Below, piece by piece: positions 26,076 through 34,831 of a stretch of DNA of 50,754 nt (position 1 is the stretch's first letter; the number at the start of each line of letters is the position of its first letter). The translations under genes and the position numbers were made by a program. A model generated the notes under the pieces. That model ran no database searches and was not told where the DNA came from. It was given only the letters and a program-made list of their open reading frames with translations. This DNA is from a virus (taxonomy: Duplodnaviria > Caudoviricetes), in IMG/VR virus record IMGVR_UViG_3300022309_000008, positions 1 to 50,754 of that record; one strand, 5' to 3'.

Positions 26076-27173
26076 CTAGTGGCCTTCTTGACGCTCCTGA
26101 CGCTTCCGCTCGTCGACTTCGGCCAACATCTGGTCAAGCTTGTTCGATTCGCTCATCCGCCGTGCCGCGGAATGTCCGTTCCCATTTCGGGCAGGTTGCC
26201 AGGACGACGGGTGATCCCAGCCAGCCCAACCGTTGGCGATGGCCGTGTCGATCGCCGCAGCCACCCGATCGGCTCCGTGCAGCTCGGCTCTCGTCAGCAC
26301 GATCGACACAACGCGCGGCAATGCCGCCGGCTTGTAGCTCTTGATGGCAAGCCAGGCCTCCAACGCGTCAAGCAGAACCGGCTCCCGCTCGATCGCTTCG
26401 ACGCGCTCAACCGAAACGTGCCGCCGCCAACCGGTCATGCTGCTCTCGAATTTTCGCGCCGGCCGTGGTTCGCGCGCAACCGGATCGTCGTCGAACGAAA
26501 ACAGCGCCGGCATCCCCTCCCCGGACCCCTCCTGATTTGAAAGAACTCCGTTCTTTCTTTTCCTTCCTCCTTCCCCTTCCAGATTTGCCATCGTTTTGCC
26601 ATGGCAATTGCCATCACTTTTTCCCAGATTACCAACGCTCGTTTTAGCCTTGTTTTCAGGGCTCTTTTCGCCCTCTGCTGGTTCCGATAATGGCAATTGC
26701 CATCCGTTTTGGTCATCCGCGCGGTCGTCAAACGTGCTATTCGCGCCAATTTTGCCATTAGGTTTGCCATGGCTTTTGCCATAGCTTTTGCCATGGCTTT
26801 TGCCATCGGTTTGCCATCGTGATTCAGCGCCTTTTCTGCCGGCTTGTCGGCGCTTCTCAGCAACTTGCTTTGACGTTTGCCACCGCTTTATGGCCTTGGG
26901 ACGGTCCTGCTCCATCCGCAAGTTGCACATCTTGCTACCGTCTGCTGATGACGAAACAAACTTGTCTGCAATCTCTGACCAGACTTTATCGAAGTCCTCC
27001 CTTGAACAGACACAAATCCGGCTCAATCTGCCAGGATCCCGAGGGATGTCACCGTTTTGCCATTGGTAGATGAGCAACCGCACGTAACAGCCAACCGCTG
27101 CTGGGCTCATGTGCGACGTTCCGCCGGTAAAATCGTTGTAATAGAAGTCAAAACATGGGGGTGCTTTGGCCAT
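26076..27173 (-). CDS. DUF1376 (YdaU-like) replication initiator
   Basis: MAKAPPCFDFYYNDFTGGTSHMSPAAVGCYVRLLIYQW..., C-terminal AIDTAIANGWAGW, internal iterons. AGGAG RBS before ATG 27173. Confidence 0.85.
   Translation of the reverse strand: MAKAPPCFDFYYNDFTGGTSHMSPAAVGCYVRLLIYQWQNGDIPRDPGRLSRICVCSREDFDKVWSEIADKFVSSSADGSKMCNLRMEQDRPKAIKRWQTSKQVAEKRRQAGRKGAESRWQTDGKSHGKSYGKSHGKPNGKIGANSTFDDRADDQNGWQLPLSEPAEGEKSPENKAKTSVGNLGKSDGNCHGKTMANLEGEGGRKRKNGVLSNQEGSGEGMPALFSFDDDPVAREPRPARKFESSMTGWRRHVSVERVEAIEREPVLLDALEAWLAIKSYKPAALPRVVSIVLTRAELHGADRVAAAIDTAIANGWAGWDHPSSWQPARNGNGHSAARRMSESNKLDQMLAEVDERKRQERQEGH
26584..26817. repeat. Iteron array / probable replication origin
   Basis: TTTGCCAT at 26751, 26763, 26775, 26787, 26799, 26810, 26584 and 26595. 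Palindrome ATGGCAATTGCCAT at 26601 and 26690. Confidence 0.8.
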
Positions 27174-27306
27174 AGGGCTCGACTCCTGGCGCATAGAAAC
27201 ACCCAACCGACCCCGCCGAGGTGTCGAGCCAGTCAGCAGTACAATTCTGCGAGTTCCGGCGGGGCCGTTGGGTGTGTTATTGTTTTGTGTTAGTTAGCTC
27301 GACAGG
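27174..27306 (-). ncRNA. C4/CI-like antisense leader RNA
   Basis: Long stem ACACCCAAC..CCCCGCCG / CGGCGGGG..GTTGGGTGT with an inner GCAG/CTGC hairpin. Its single-stranded TGGCTCGACA is complementary to upstream TGTCGAGCTA and to RBS-overlapping GTCGAGCC. Confidence 0.6.
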
Positions 27307-27309
27307 CAA

Positions 27310-27338
27310 ACCATACCACAACTGGAGTTGTGCGTCAA
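27310..27338 (-). promoter_or_regulatory. Promoter of the replication operon with an operator in the spacer
   Basis: TTGACG-N17-TATGGT with TGG extended -10. Palindrome CACAAC-N4-GTTGTG at 27317-27332. Confidence 0.7.
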
Positions 27339-27391
27339 TTGAGAATCAAGACCAACGCCACCATCAGCGCGAAAATGATTACTGTCATAGC

Positions 27392-27760
27392 TTATTCCCC
27401 GTCTTCGCTGGCGTTTGCCATCCCGCGTTGAATGCGGGCCGCAATTACCTCGCCAGTCAATTCAGTCAACGTCAAATCCCGCTTGCAGAACTCCAACACG
27501 GCATCCGTCACCATGTAATGCTTTGTTTGCGGGACTCCGACAGTGTTCAGATATTTCATGACTGCCACCTTTACGCGCCGGCGGGTGAATACGTTCGGAT
27601 GCTGCAATGACCGCGCTACCACCTCGGGATCATTCGATGCGCAATTCGTGGCAAGTGCGTCCAACACCGCTTGTAACAACGCTAGCCACGTTGAAATGTC
27701 GATGCCAAGCGATTGCAATGCCGGCTTAACTGCTGCCTCAAATTTGATTTTCGTGTCCAT
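27392..27760 (-). CDS. Hypothetical protein
   Basis: 122 aa with an AAGGAG RBS. Confidence 0.7.
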   Translation of the reverse strand: MDTKIKFEAAVKPALQSLGIDISTWLALLQAVLDALATNCASNDPEVVARSLQHPNVFTRRRVKVAVMKYLNTVGVPQTKHYMVTDAVLEFCKRDLTLTELTGEVIAARIQRGMANASEDGE

Positions 27761-27772
27761 GGTTGCTCCTTG

Positions 27773-28063
27773 TCACGTAGTAATGCAACGGTCGGTAATG
27801 GCGTTCAGCCGGTTCACGCATGCTTGCCGTTTTTTTGCGAACGCCTTCGGGTCCGTCAAGACGTCCAGCGACGTTCCCAACGCTTCGGCAATATCCATGG
27901 CCGTAGCAAGCATAATCGCTTTGCCGTACTTGATAAAATTCCTGAGACTCTGGTCAGAAATGCCGGACGCATCCGCCAAAGCCGCATGCGATCCACGACC
28001 CGTCACAGTGCATAATTGCCCGATGTGGTCTCGCATGACTTGAATCTTTTGCTCGGTATTCAT
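27773..28063 (-). CDS. XRE-family helix-turn-helix regulator
   Basis: SHAALADASGISDQSLRNFIKYG...LATAMDIAEALGTSLDVL. GGAGG RBS before ATG 28063. Confidence 0.85.
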   Translation of the reverse strand: MNTEQKIQVMRDHIGQLCTVTGRGSHAALADASGISDQSLRNFIKYGKAIMLATAMDIAEALGTSLDVLTDPKAFAKKRQACVNRLNAITDRCITT

Positions 28064-28084
28064 TGGTGCATACCTCCGAATGCA

Positions 28085-28113
28085 ATAATACCACCACAAC
28101 CGGGCTTGTGCAA
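28085..28113 (-). promoter_or_regulatory. Promoter of the HTH gene with operator
   Basis: TTGCAC-N17-TATTAT with TGG extended -10. CACAAG-N4-GTTGTG at 28095-28110. Confidence 0.7.
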
Positions 28114-28114
28114 C

Positions 28115-28537
28115 TTATATTCCCTTTGGACGACGATAGGCCGGGTCTGGTGGCAGTCGCTCGGGACGATGAAAGTATCCGGAGATGTTCGCCCGCAATA
28201 CCGCCGCGATCATTTGCGTTACAGTCAGATTGCTGGATAGCGACTTCCCCTTGCGCCTGGCATACCAGCGGACCTTGGGATGTGGCGGGTCCGCAAAGGT
28301 GTGCATCGCCCGCCATGCCGACAACTTGCGCAACCGAATCGGCCGGTGCCGCCGATACCATGCTGGCGTCCCGACTCGCGTGGAACGTACCAGCTCCCGA
28401 ATGTGCCCCCACCGCACGCCAGACCGTTTGAATCTGGCGACTTCGGCTCTTGTCCAGCCAGTCATGTCCACAAACCGGCCGCGCGAATTCTTTCCGAACT
28501 TTCGCCGCTTTCCGCCCCGTGCCCGTCTGCGTGCCAT
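28115..28537 (-). CDS. Very basic Arg-rich protein
   Basis: MARRRARGGKRRKFGK..., with a GAGGGA RBS. Confidence 0.6.
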   Translation of the reverse strand: MARRRARGGKRRKFGKNSRGRFVDMTGWTRAEVARFKRSGVRWGHIRELVRSTRVGTPAWYRRHRPIRLRKLSAWRAMHTFADPPHPKVRWYARRKGKSLSSNLTVTQMIAAVLRANISGYFHRPERLPPDPAYRRPKGI

Positions 28538-28544
28538 GCGTCCC

Positions 28545-29756
28545 TCACTGGCCGAGGTCCGCGACTCCGTAGATGCCCGCGGACAGCCACCCTGTGACTA
28601 GCTGAAAGAACAGCGATTCCCACCTTCCGACCATCGCCGCGGCTGACATTTGCTGCAATGCCAATTCCTGCAACGCCTCTATGTCCACCGGGTCCGACTC
28701 AGCCGCTTCCAACACGGCTTTTGCAATGTCTTGCGCCGTCGGCCGTTGCAATGGAACTCTGATCGCTGCCTGAGGCGCGTTATACGTTGTCTCGACCTCC
28801 CGTAGAAAGTCCAAATCAGATGCCACCACCGGTACGCCCGCTTGCCATGCCTCAATCACTGACAGCGGGAATGCCTCCGACTTGCTTGGCAAGCAAAACA
28901 CGTCAGAAGCCGCCAGGACGTCGCCTAACGAGCGCACTCCAGGCAACGGGAAGATAACACGGCTTTTGGTTCCAAGACTACTGCGGGGCATTGTGGCGGC
29001 TTTGGCGCGTAGGGAGGCCGCCATTTCACCCCAACCATGCAACACTAGATGCCAGTCGTCCGGTAGGAATTGCAACGCATCAATCAGCAAGTCAGGCCGT
29101 TTGCCGTCATTGAATCGGCCGTTGAACAACAATACCCGCGCCTCCTCGGGCAGTCCCCAGCTAGTACGTTGCCATTGCGGGCCAAATCGTGGCGCCACTC
29201 GCTCGACGTCGCTGCCGTTGTGCACGATGTGCACCTTTGACCGACGTGTCAGCCGCTCCGGGAATATCTTGGCTGCACCGCGGCTAACCGCCGCCAAGTA
29301 ATTGCATGCGGAATCGCCGATATGGTCCACATAATGGCGATGGCCCTCATTCGTTTCCTCGCCGGCCTCGCCCGTGCTGTGCGACACATGCAGCGTCGGG
29401 ACTCCCAACCCGTGTCGGAATAGCGATACAGGGGACAGCCCCCACATCACCACCAGATCAGCACCGTATTGCCGCACGGCATCCCGGGTTGTATCACCAA
29501 TCGACCCGCTGTCGATCCCTGGGCTCTTACAGATCGGGACTCCAGCGAACGTTGAACCCAGAATATCCCCCGACATACCGGCATGCACCAGCGCCGTGTA
29601 TCGCACGCCGACGGCGCGCTGCACCAATGTGCTCAACCAAATTTCCGCACCCCCAGGCGATAGCCCAGGCGTTACCACCACCACCCGAAGCCGCGGCTGG
29701 TGAAACTGCTCATACAGTAGCATATTCGTCGTCCTCGCCAGAACGCTTAAGGCCAA
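28545..29756 (-). CDS. Glycosyltransferase family 4 (GT-B)
   Basis: GGAE, VHNGSD, GRF...KRPDLLIDAL, DVFCLPSKSEAFPLSVIEAWQAGVPVVASD. Confidence 0.92.
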   Translation of the reverse strand: MALSVLARTTNMLLYEQFHQPRLRVVVVTPGLSPGGAEIWLSTLVQRAVGVRYTALVHAGMSGDILGSTFAGVPICKSPGIDSGSIGDTTRDAVRQYGADLVVMWGLSPVSLFRHGLGVPTLHVSHSTGEAGEETNEGHRHYVDHIGDSACNYLAAVSRGAAKIFPERLTRRSKVHIVHNGSDVERVAPRFGPQWQRTSWGLPEEARVLLFNGRFNDGKRPDLLIDALQFLPDDWHLVLHGWGEMAASLRAKAATMPRSSLGTKSRVIFPLPGVRSLGDVLAASDVFCLPSKSEAFPLSVIEAWQAGVPVVASDLDFLREVETTYNAPQAAIRVPLQRPTAQDIAKAVLEAAESDPVDIEALQELALQQMSAAAMVGRWESLFFQLVTGWLSAGIYGVADLGQ

Positions 29757-30289
29757 TTGAAAGACACTGGTCGTCTGATGAACTCAGATGCAGTCGGAAT
29801 ACAAAAAAACGACAACGTGGTTGCCGGCTCTTGCTCAGCAGATGGGTATGTCTTCAAGATGGATATTGACCAATCGTCCCCGCGTATGAACGGTATGGGA
29901 CGGTTTGCAATCACGCTGGGGACGTGAAATACCGCCCGATAGGCCCATTGTCCCTGTTGCGTGCCCAACGTATGCGGCAGCTCGAACAACAGTGACTGGA
30001 AAATGTTGGTGTCAACAGTCCTGGTCGGGAATGCATGATTCGTGGAATCCCGAAGTTTCCATTCTCCCCCGTCTCGCTGGTACCATTTGAGCGTTATTTG
30101 CACGCTGAATTGCTGCATGGCCGTGTAGTTCAACGGCAGCTGATTAGTCGCTGGCCAACCGAACGGAATGGGAACTCCGGGGGTGCCATTCATTTGTGGG
30201 GCCGCAAACCCAGCAAATAGCCCCATTTCCTCCGCTACGCATAGGCATGCCGAGCATGCCACCAACATCATCGCTACAACGCTTCGCAT
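29747..30289 (-). CDS. Secreted hypothetical protein
   Basis: Signal-peptide-like MRSVVAMMLVACSACLCVA, with a GAGGTG RBS. Confidence 0.65.
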   Translation of the reverse strand: MRSVVAMMLVACSACLCVAEEMGLFAGFAAPQMNGTPGVPIPFGWPATNQLPLNYTAMQQFSVQITLKWYQRDGGEWKLRDSTNHAFPTRTVDTNIFQSLLFELPHTLGTQQGQWAYRAVFHVPSVIANRPIPFIRGDDWSISILKTYPSAEQEPATTLSFFCIPTASEFIRRPVSFNWP

Positions 30290-30340
30290 ATTTCACCTCA
30301 CACAATGCCCGGCAGAGCGGCCGGGCGCGCTTTTGGGGTT

Positions 30341-30835
30341 TTAGCGTCGACAATAAACGCCAAGCAGGCCGAGCAGTACAAGCAGAATTCCAGACGGCTC
30401 CGGTACTGCTGCTGCTGGTGGTAAAGTGATATCTGTCAAGGTCAACGGGAATTGAAACGAGTTCAAACCCGGACCAGTCCACGAGTTATCCATGGCAAAG
30501 ATGAACGCTTTATCACCGTACAGTTGCACGAGACTGTAACCATTCTTGTTTCCGCCGACGAGCAGATCAGCTGGTGGGTCAACGAAATCACCTCCACCAC
30601 CGGGAGCATATGCCATGTTCTTGGCATCGAATCTAAAACCGAACGAGCGAATATGATATGGTTCCTCCGCTTCAAAATTCTCACCGGGAATGTTGATAAA
30701 CAGCGACCTATCATCGATGTTGATCTGTCCTGTTAGATTCTCTTTTCGCAACGTATCGAAGCCGGTGAACGAGTAAACCTGTGCTTGCACAGCAGACGCA
30801 CAGCACAACAACGCGACGCACAGTATCGATTTCAT
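30341..30835 (-). CDS. PEP-CTERM (exosortase-sorted) surface protein
   Basis: Signal peptide MKSILCVALLCCASAVQA and C-terminus VPEPSGILLVLLGLLGVYCRR (PEP + TM helix + basic end). Confidence 0.9.
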   Translation of the reverse strand: MKSILCVALLCCASAVQAQVYSFTGFDTLRKENLTGQINIDDRSLFINIPGENFEAEEPYHIRSFGFRFDAKNMAYAPGGGGDFVDPPADLLVGGNKNGYSLVQLYGDKAFIFAMDNSWTGPGLNSFQFPLTLTDITLPPAAAVPEPSGILLVLLGLLGVYCRR

Positions 30836-30846
30836 TAGTCGTCCTT

Positions 30847-31869
30847 TCAAAAAACGTCCAAATCCGGACCATCCAAATCGTCCGGGTCCAAGTCAGGATC
30901 AAAATCATCGCCGAGGATGTCCAGATCGTTTCCGCCGTCGGTTGTCCCATCACCCAACCCGACATCGCCTTGATCGCTCGGGGCTTCGCCATCCTCGCAT
31001 TGGTTCCATTTCGGACCCTGAAGGTCGGCATAGATGCTTCCGCCCACATAAGGCGGGTACGAAAACAACCCCGGCGGGCCGCCAACTAATAGCCCATTAT
31101 TGAACGACAGGATTATGCACTCTCCTCCGCCGCCTGAATAGCTCCCTCCGCACGGCTCAAGCGCGACGCTCCCAGTCAATCCAGGCCCAATCCAGTCCAG
31201 ATTCGTGCTTAACCCGATCGATGGGCCGCTGATCAAATAACGGTGCGATCTGGTGGGCGCCGGCGGAAGTCGCATTTGTACCGACCCGAATAATGGCGGG
31301 CCGAGCATCGTTGTCCCAACCACATAGCCGAGGTCGCTGGCTCCAGGACTCCACTTGACCCATTTCCTGACCCGCACGCTGCTCGTCAACGGCTCGGAAT
31401 GCCAATACAGCCGCTTGCCGCCGCTCCACAACACCGTTTCGTCAGGCCCAGCGACGAAGTCTATCAGAGGCGGTCCCTCCGGATCCGCATTGTCGCTCAC
31501 GATTCGCAACATCGCATCGCGACGCACTCCCAAACCGCGGGCCATCGATCGCCGCGCAATGTGCCGAACCGCACGGGTGCATGTGCTGAATACGTCACTC
31601 GCCCCGCCGTCGCTGCCGCCGCCGAACGCCAACCACCGACCGCCCAACCCGATCTGGTATTCGTAGCGCAGCTCCACCCTGTTGCCCGGGGCAACCTCAG
31701 TCACTCCGTACGCCAGGATCGTTGCCCTGTCTTGCCACTCCACCCGCGACTGTCCGGGTGTTAAATGGCCGCTTTGCAGCATGACGACAATCGCCGCCCC
31801 CGCCGGTATGACGGCTTCCGATGTTGTTTCGCCGGGGCTCGCATCCGCCCGGCTAATCACCCGCCCCAC
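30847..31869 (-). CDS. Putative tail-tip protein with acidic C-terminus (start probably about 31860-31869)
   Basis: GTGA overlap with the upstream gene. Gly-rich, with the Asp-rich tail DDFDPDLDPDDLDGPDLDVF. Confidence 0.5.
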   Translation of the reverse strand: MGRVISRADASPGETTSEAVIPAGAAIVVMLQSGHLTPGQSRVEWQDRATILAYGVTEVAPGNRVELRYEYQIGLGGRWLAFGGGSDGGASDVFSTCTRAVRHIARRSMARGLGVRRDAMLRIVSDNADPEGPPLIDFVAGPDETVLWSGGKRLYWHSEPLTSSVRVRKWVKWSPGASDLGYVVGTTMLGPPLFGSVQMRLPPAPTRSHRYLISGPSIGLSTNLDWIGPGLTGSVALEPCGGSYSGGGGECIILSFNNGLLVGGPPGLFSYPPYVGGSIYADLQGPKWNQCEDGEAPSDQGDVGLGDGTTDGGNDLDILGDDFDPDLDPDDLDGPDLDVF

Positions 31870-33065
31870 GCCAAACCGCCAATGCGGCAAATGGGTACGT
31901 GCCAGATCTGGGGGTTGCGGGAATAATCCTCCAGCCGCGGTTGTCCTGGGGTCGCTGATACTGTCGTCGTAACACCGACCGTATCCAACGCCCATGTAAT
32001 GTCGGTCAGATAGCCCAATTCTAGGGCATGCACGCCAGAAAACTGCCAATGCTTGGGGTCCGAATCCACTTGCCCCAACACCCAGGCTTTCGCGAGACGC
32101 TTTGCATGATCCGTTGCCGACGCTTGATTCTGCACAGCTCCTGTGTCATCGGTGATCACCGGCATTGTTGACCACAACGGCATCGACGTGCCAGCCACCA
32201 ACCGCGACTTATCCAGGCCTATAAACTGGGCGACTTCCACCGGGTGTCTGAACGTTGGCGCTTTCCGGTAATGGTCAGTTGCGCACCGGGACTGCTCCTC
32301 CGTCCGCCACCATTGGTAATCGTGCGAATGAAACATCACATGGATGGTTTCTGGCAACGCCGTCGGCACCTTCGGCCATTCAGCGTCAATCAATTTGTTT
32401 TGCACAAGGGCCGCCAACGACTCCGGCGCCGCCGGTCCCGCGCCGCCAGGATCCACGACAAGATTTCCATCCCTGTCGATCCATACACCCCAATTGACAT
32501 GCTCACAGATAGCCGCGAACGCCTCCCAGGCTGAGACGCCATGGAATCGCAGTTCCTCCACCGCAATGTCTTGCGGACCCGATGGCATTATCAACGTGCC
32601 GCCGAACGCTGGCTGTAGGCTGTCGGTGAATATCGACCGCAAAATGTCGCGAACCGTGTCTGTCGCCGTCAGCGTGCCCGTGGCAAGGCGCCGGTTGTAC
32701 GCCCGGCTTAACAGCGTCATTCCGCCGTAATATCTGGCGTCGCACAACGTTACCAAGACCAGTTCGCTGGTCCCTGGTATCAGAACGCGGGCATCGGTAA
32801 TCGCCAACCGCGAAATCGTCACCGAATTGCCGGAATCAGAAAACCTCAGTTCATGCGTCAGCGCCGAGGGTTGCACGATCCGCGCGAAGTCCTCGCCGGC
32901 CATTAACACCGTGCCGCGCCCGGGATCAACGCCAGTTCGCTGTGTGTAGGTCTGCCGCAACAGAGACGGGTCAATACTGGCCGCGATTGCCCCCTTCAGC
33001 AATGGCAATTGCGCCAGCTCGTGCCGAGGGTCCACCAGACTTATCCCGTCTAGCGTCACATTCAT
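31857..33065 (-). CDS. Putative tail hub / baseplate-like protein
   Basis: LVLVTLCDARY..., ELRFHGVSAWEAFAAICEHVNWGVWIDRDGNLVV resembles tail hub proteins. Confidence 0.55.
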   Translation of the reverse strand: MNVTLDGISLVDPRHELAQLPLLKGAIAASIDPSLLRQTYTQRTGVDPGRGTVLMAGEDFARIVQPSALTHELRFSDSGNSVTISRLAITDARVLIPGTSELVLVTLCDARYYGGMTLLSRAYNRRLATGTLTATDTVRDILRSIFTDSLQPAFGGTLIMPSGPQDIAVEELRFHGVSAWEAFAAICEHVNWGVWIDRDGNLVVDPGGAGPAAPESLAALVQNKLIDAEWPKVPTALPETIHVMFHSHDYQWWRTEEQSRCATDHYRKAPTFRHPVEVAQFIGLDKSRLVAGTSMPLWSTMPVITDDTGAVQNQASATDHAKRLAKAWVLGQVDSDPKHWQFSGVHALELGYLTDITWALDTVGVTTTVSATPGQPRLEDYSRNPQIWHVPICRIGGLAWGG

Positions 33066-34255
33066 GATGTGATCTTTCCGGATTTAGCGGCTTGCTGGGC
33101 GCCTGGCGGCGGCTGCTTGCCGTCCAATGACACCATCTTGTCCTGACCGCTCTCGTCTTCCACGAAACCAAACGGGACGATTGAGTAATCGCAGGCCGCT
33201 TCCCCAAATTCCGCCTTGACCGCTGGCCTCAGCAATTGCGTGTCGATGTCCTCAAGCATCCAAAACACGACTTCATGCAGCAACCCCTTAAAGGCCTCCT
33301 GGGGAATCTTGCGACCGCTGTACCCGCTGCCTGTCTCCGCCGCTTCAATGACCTCCGGCATCACTCCAACGCCTTCTAGGATCTCGTCCTTCAAGTCATA
33401 CACCCATTCGCGCACGTCTGCTCCGCCCTCAATGGCTTCCAACGGGAAGATCTCCCACAACTTGTTACCCATGGGGTCGTATTCGGCTGGTAAGGTAACG
33501 TCCGAACCGGCGCGCATTTTCTGGAGCATCTCACGAGCTATGTCACGGTTTGGCGTTCTGATCTGGTCCACCTCCGTAGCGCCTGGCGGGTGGTAACACC
33601 CGCGGCCAGGATACGCATGTTTGTGGTAATACGTTCTGGCAATGTCCCTTGCGCCGAGGCTCCCGGCCAAATCCATCCATGGGCTAAACGCTCCGAACAA
33701 CCGCGACCGCCCAAACCATTCGTCATGTTGTCGCCAATGCACGTGCCAGAAAGACTTGATGCCAGGAATGTATAGCGGCGTTTGCTCGCCTCCGGGATCG
33801 TCCCGTTCCCGCATCCGGCATTTAATACCGACCCGCTTGCCATGGAGCAGAACCGGAAACACCTCGTGGGTGCCCAGCGAACGCATTCCGCTGATCAGGA
33901 ACTGATATTGATGGTGTGGCCGATACAACACCTCCGCCCCGACGTAACCGTAGTCCAGCGCCTCCAGAATCGTCGATGCCGAGGTCAACCACAGCCGCGT
34001 CAGCTGCTTTATCAGATACTTCTTGACTGGCGAATCGTCGCCCTCATCGCATTCCACGTAGAACCGCGTGTTGCTTATTATCGTGCCCTTGATGACCCAC
34101 ATGGCCAGGCAGACCCGAGGTTCCAGCATCATCAGGGGGACGTGGTATTTTGGGATGAATGGCGGTCGCCGTTGCCCCATCGCACTGGCCACCGTTAGCG
34201 ATGCCGACGGCCTGTCATAACCCGCTGTCAACGTGCGAAACAGCTTCTTAAACAT
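33062..34255 (-). CDS. Portal protein (Mu gp29 / DUF935-like)
   Basis: EPRVCLAM..IK, ILEALDYGYVGAEVLY, WFGRSRLFGAFSPW, EILEGVGV, GSGYSG, QLLRPAVKAEFG. Confidence 0.75.
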   Translation of the reverse strand: MFKKLFRTLTAGYDRPSASLTVASAMGQRRPPFIPKYHVPLMMLEPRVCLAMWVIKGTIISNTRFYVECDEGDDSPVKKYLIKQLTRLWLTSASTILEALDYGYVGAEVLYRPHHQYQFLISGMRSLGTHEVFPVLLHGKRVGIKCRMRERDDPGGEQTPLYIPGIKSFWHVHWRQHDEWFGRSRLFGAFSPWMDLAGSLGARDIARTYYHKHAYPGRGCYHPPGATEVDQIRTPNRDIAREMLQKMRAGSDVTLPAEYDPMGNKLWEIFPLEAIEGGADVREWVYDLKDEILEGVGVMPEVIEAAETGSGYSGRKIPQEAFKGLLHEVVFWMLEDIDTQLLRPAVKAEFGEAACDYSIVPFGFVEDESGQDKMVSLDGKQPPPGAQQAAKSGKITS

Positions 34256-34831
34256 TGGTTCCCCCTGGTGGGTTTCTGGCCAGAATTACTTCGGCCTCCG
34301 CTCGCTCCGCCGCTTCGACGTCGCCGGTCAGACCAAGCCATAATGTATAGGCTCTCTGTGGCGACAAGCTAGCGCTAGCTGCCCGATGGTCCAGCTCCGC
34401 TTGGGCTCGCAACCGCGGCAGATGTGCCCGTAGAAAACGGAAGGCGCTTGGCGACAACCAATCGGGAGACAAATGGAAAAACGCGCAGACGTCCGCTATT
34501 TCGGCCGTTTTTTTTTCCAGTCCTCGAAATACTCGGCCGCTGTCATTTCCAGTTGATACGCTTGGCTTCGGCTCATCCGTCCGCCCGTTTTGGATGCCAC
34601 CCAGTCGACCAACAAGTCCAGCCGGGCCGACGATTTCACATATGGCAACTCGTCTTTATGGTCTCGCTCCGCTTGATCGTAAAACAGCTGGGTCGTGCCA
34701 ACCACGTCAAGAATATCGTGTTGCAACGTGTATTCAGTGCCATCCGAGGTGAACTTAAACGCAATGAGGTCCGGAATTGCCTCAAATGCCTTCGCCGCTT
34801 GCTTCGCCATTCTGTTTTTCCTGGAAGTCAC
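34248..34831 (-). CDS. Tail assembly chaperone pair (34496-34831 plus -1 frameshift extension to 34248)
   Basis: TGG AAA AAA AAA CGG (A9 at 34508-34516) just before the stop. The -1 frame is open (KTAEIADVCAFFHLSPDW...) into ORF 34248-34472. Confidence 0.7.

Noticed and set aside
26751-26817. CRISPR array or mini-array
   Set aside because: The 8-nt units have 3-4-nt spacers and lie inside a coding gene, with no cas genes. Better explained as iterons.
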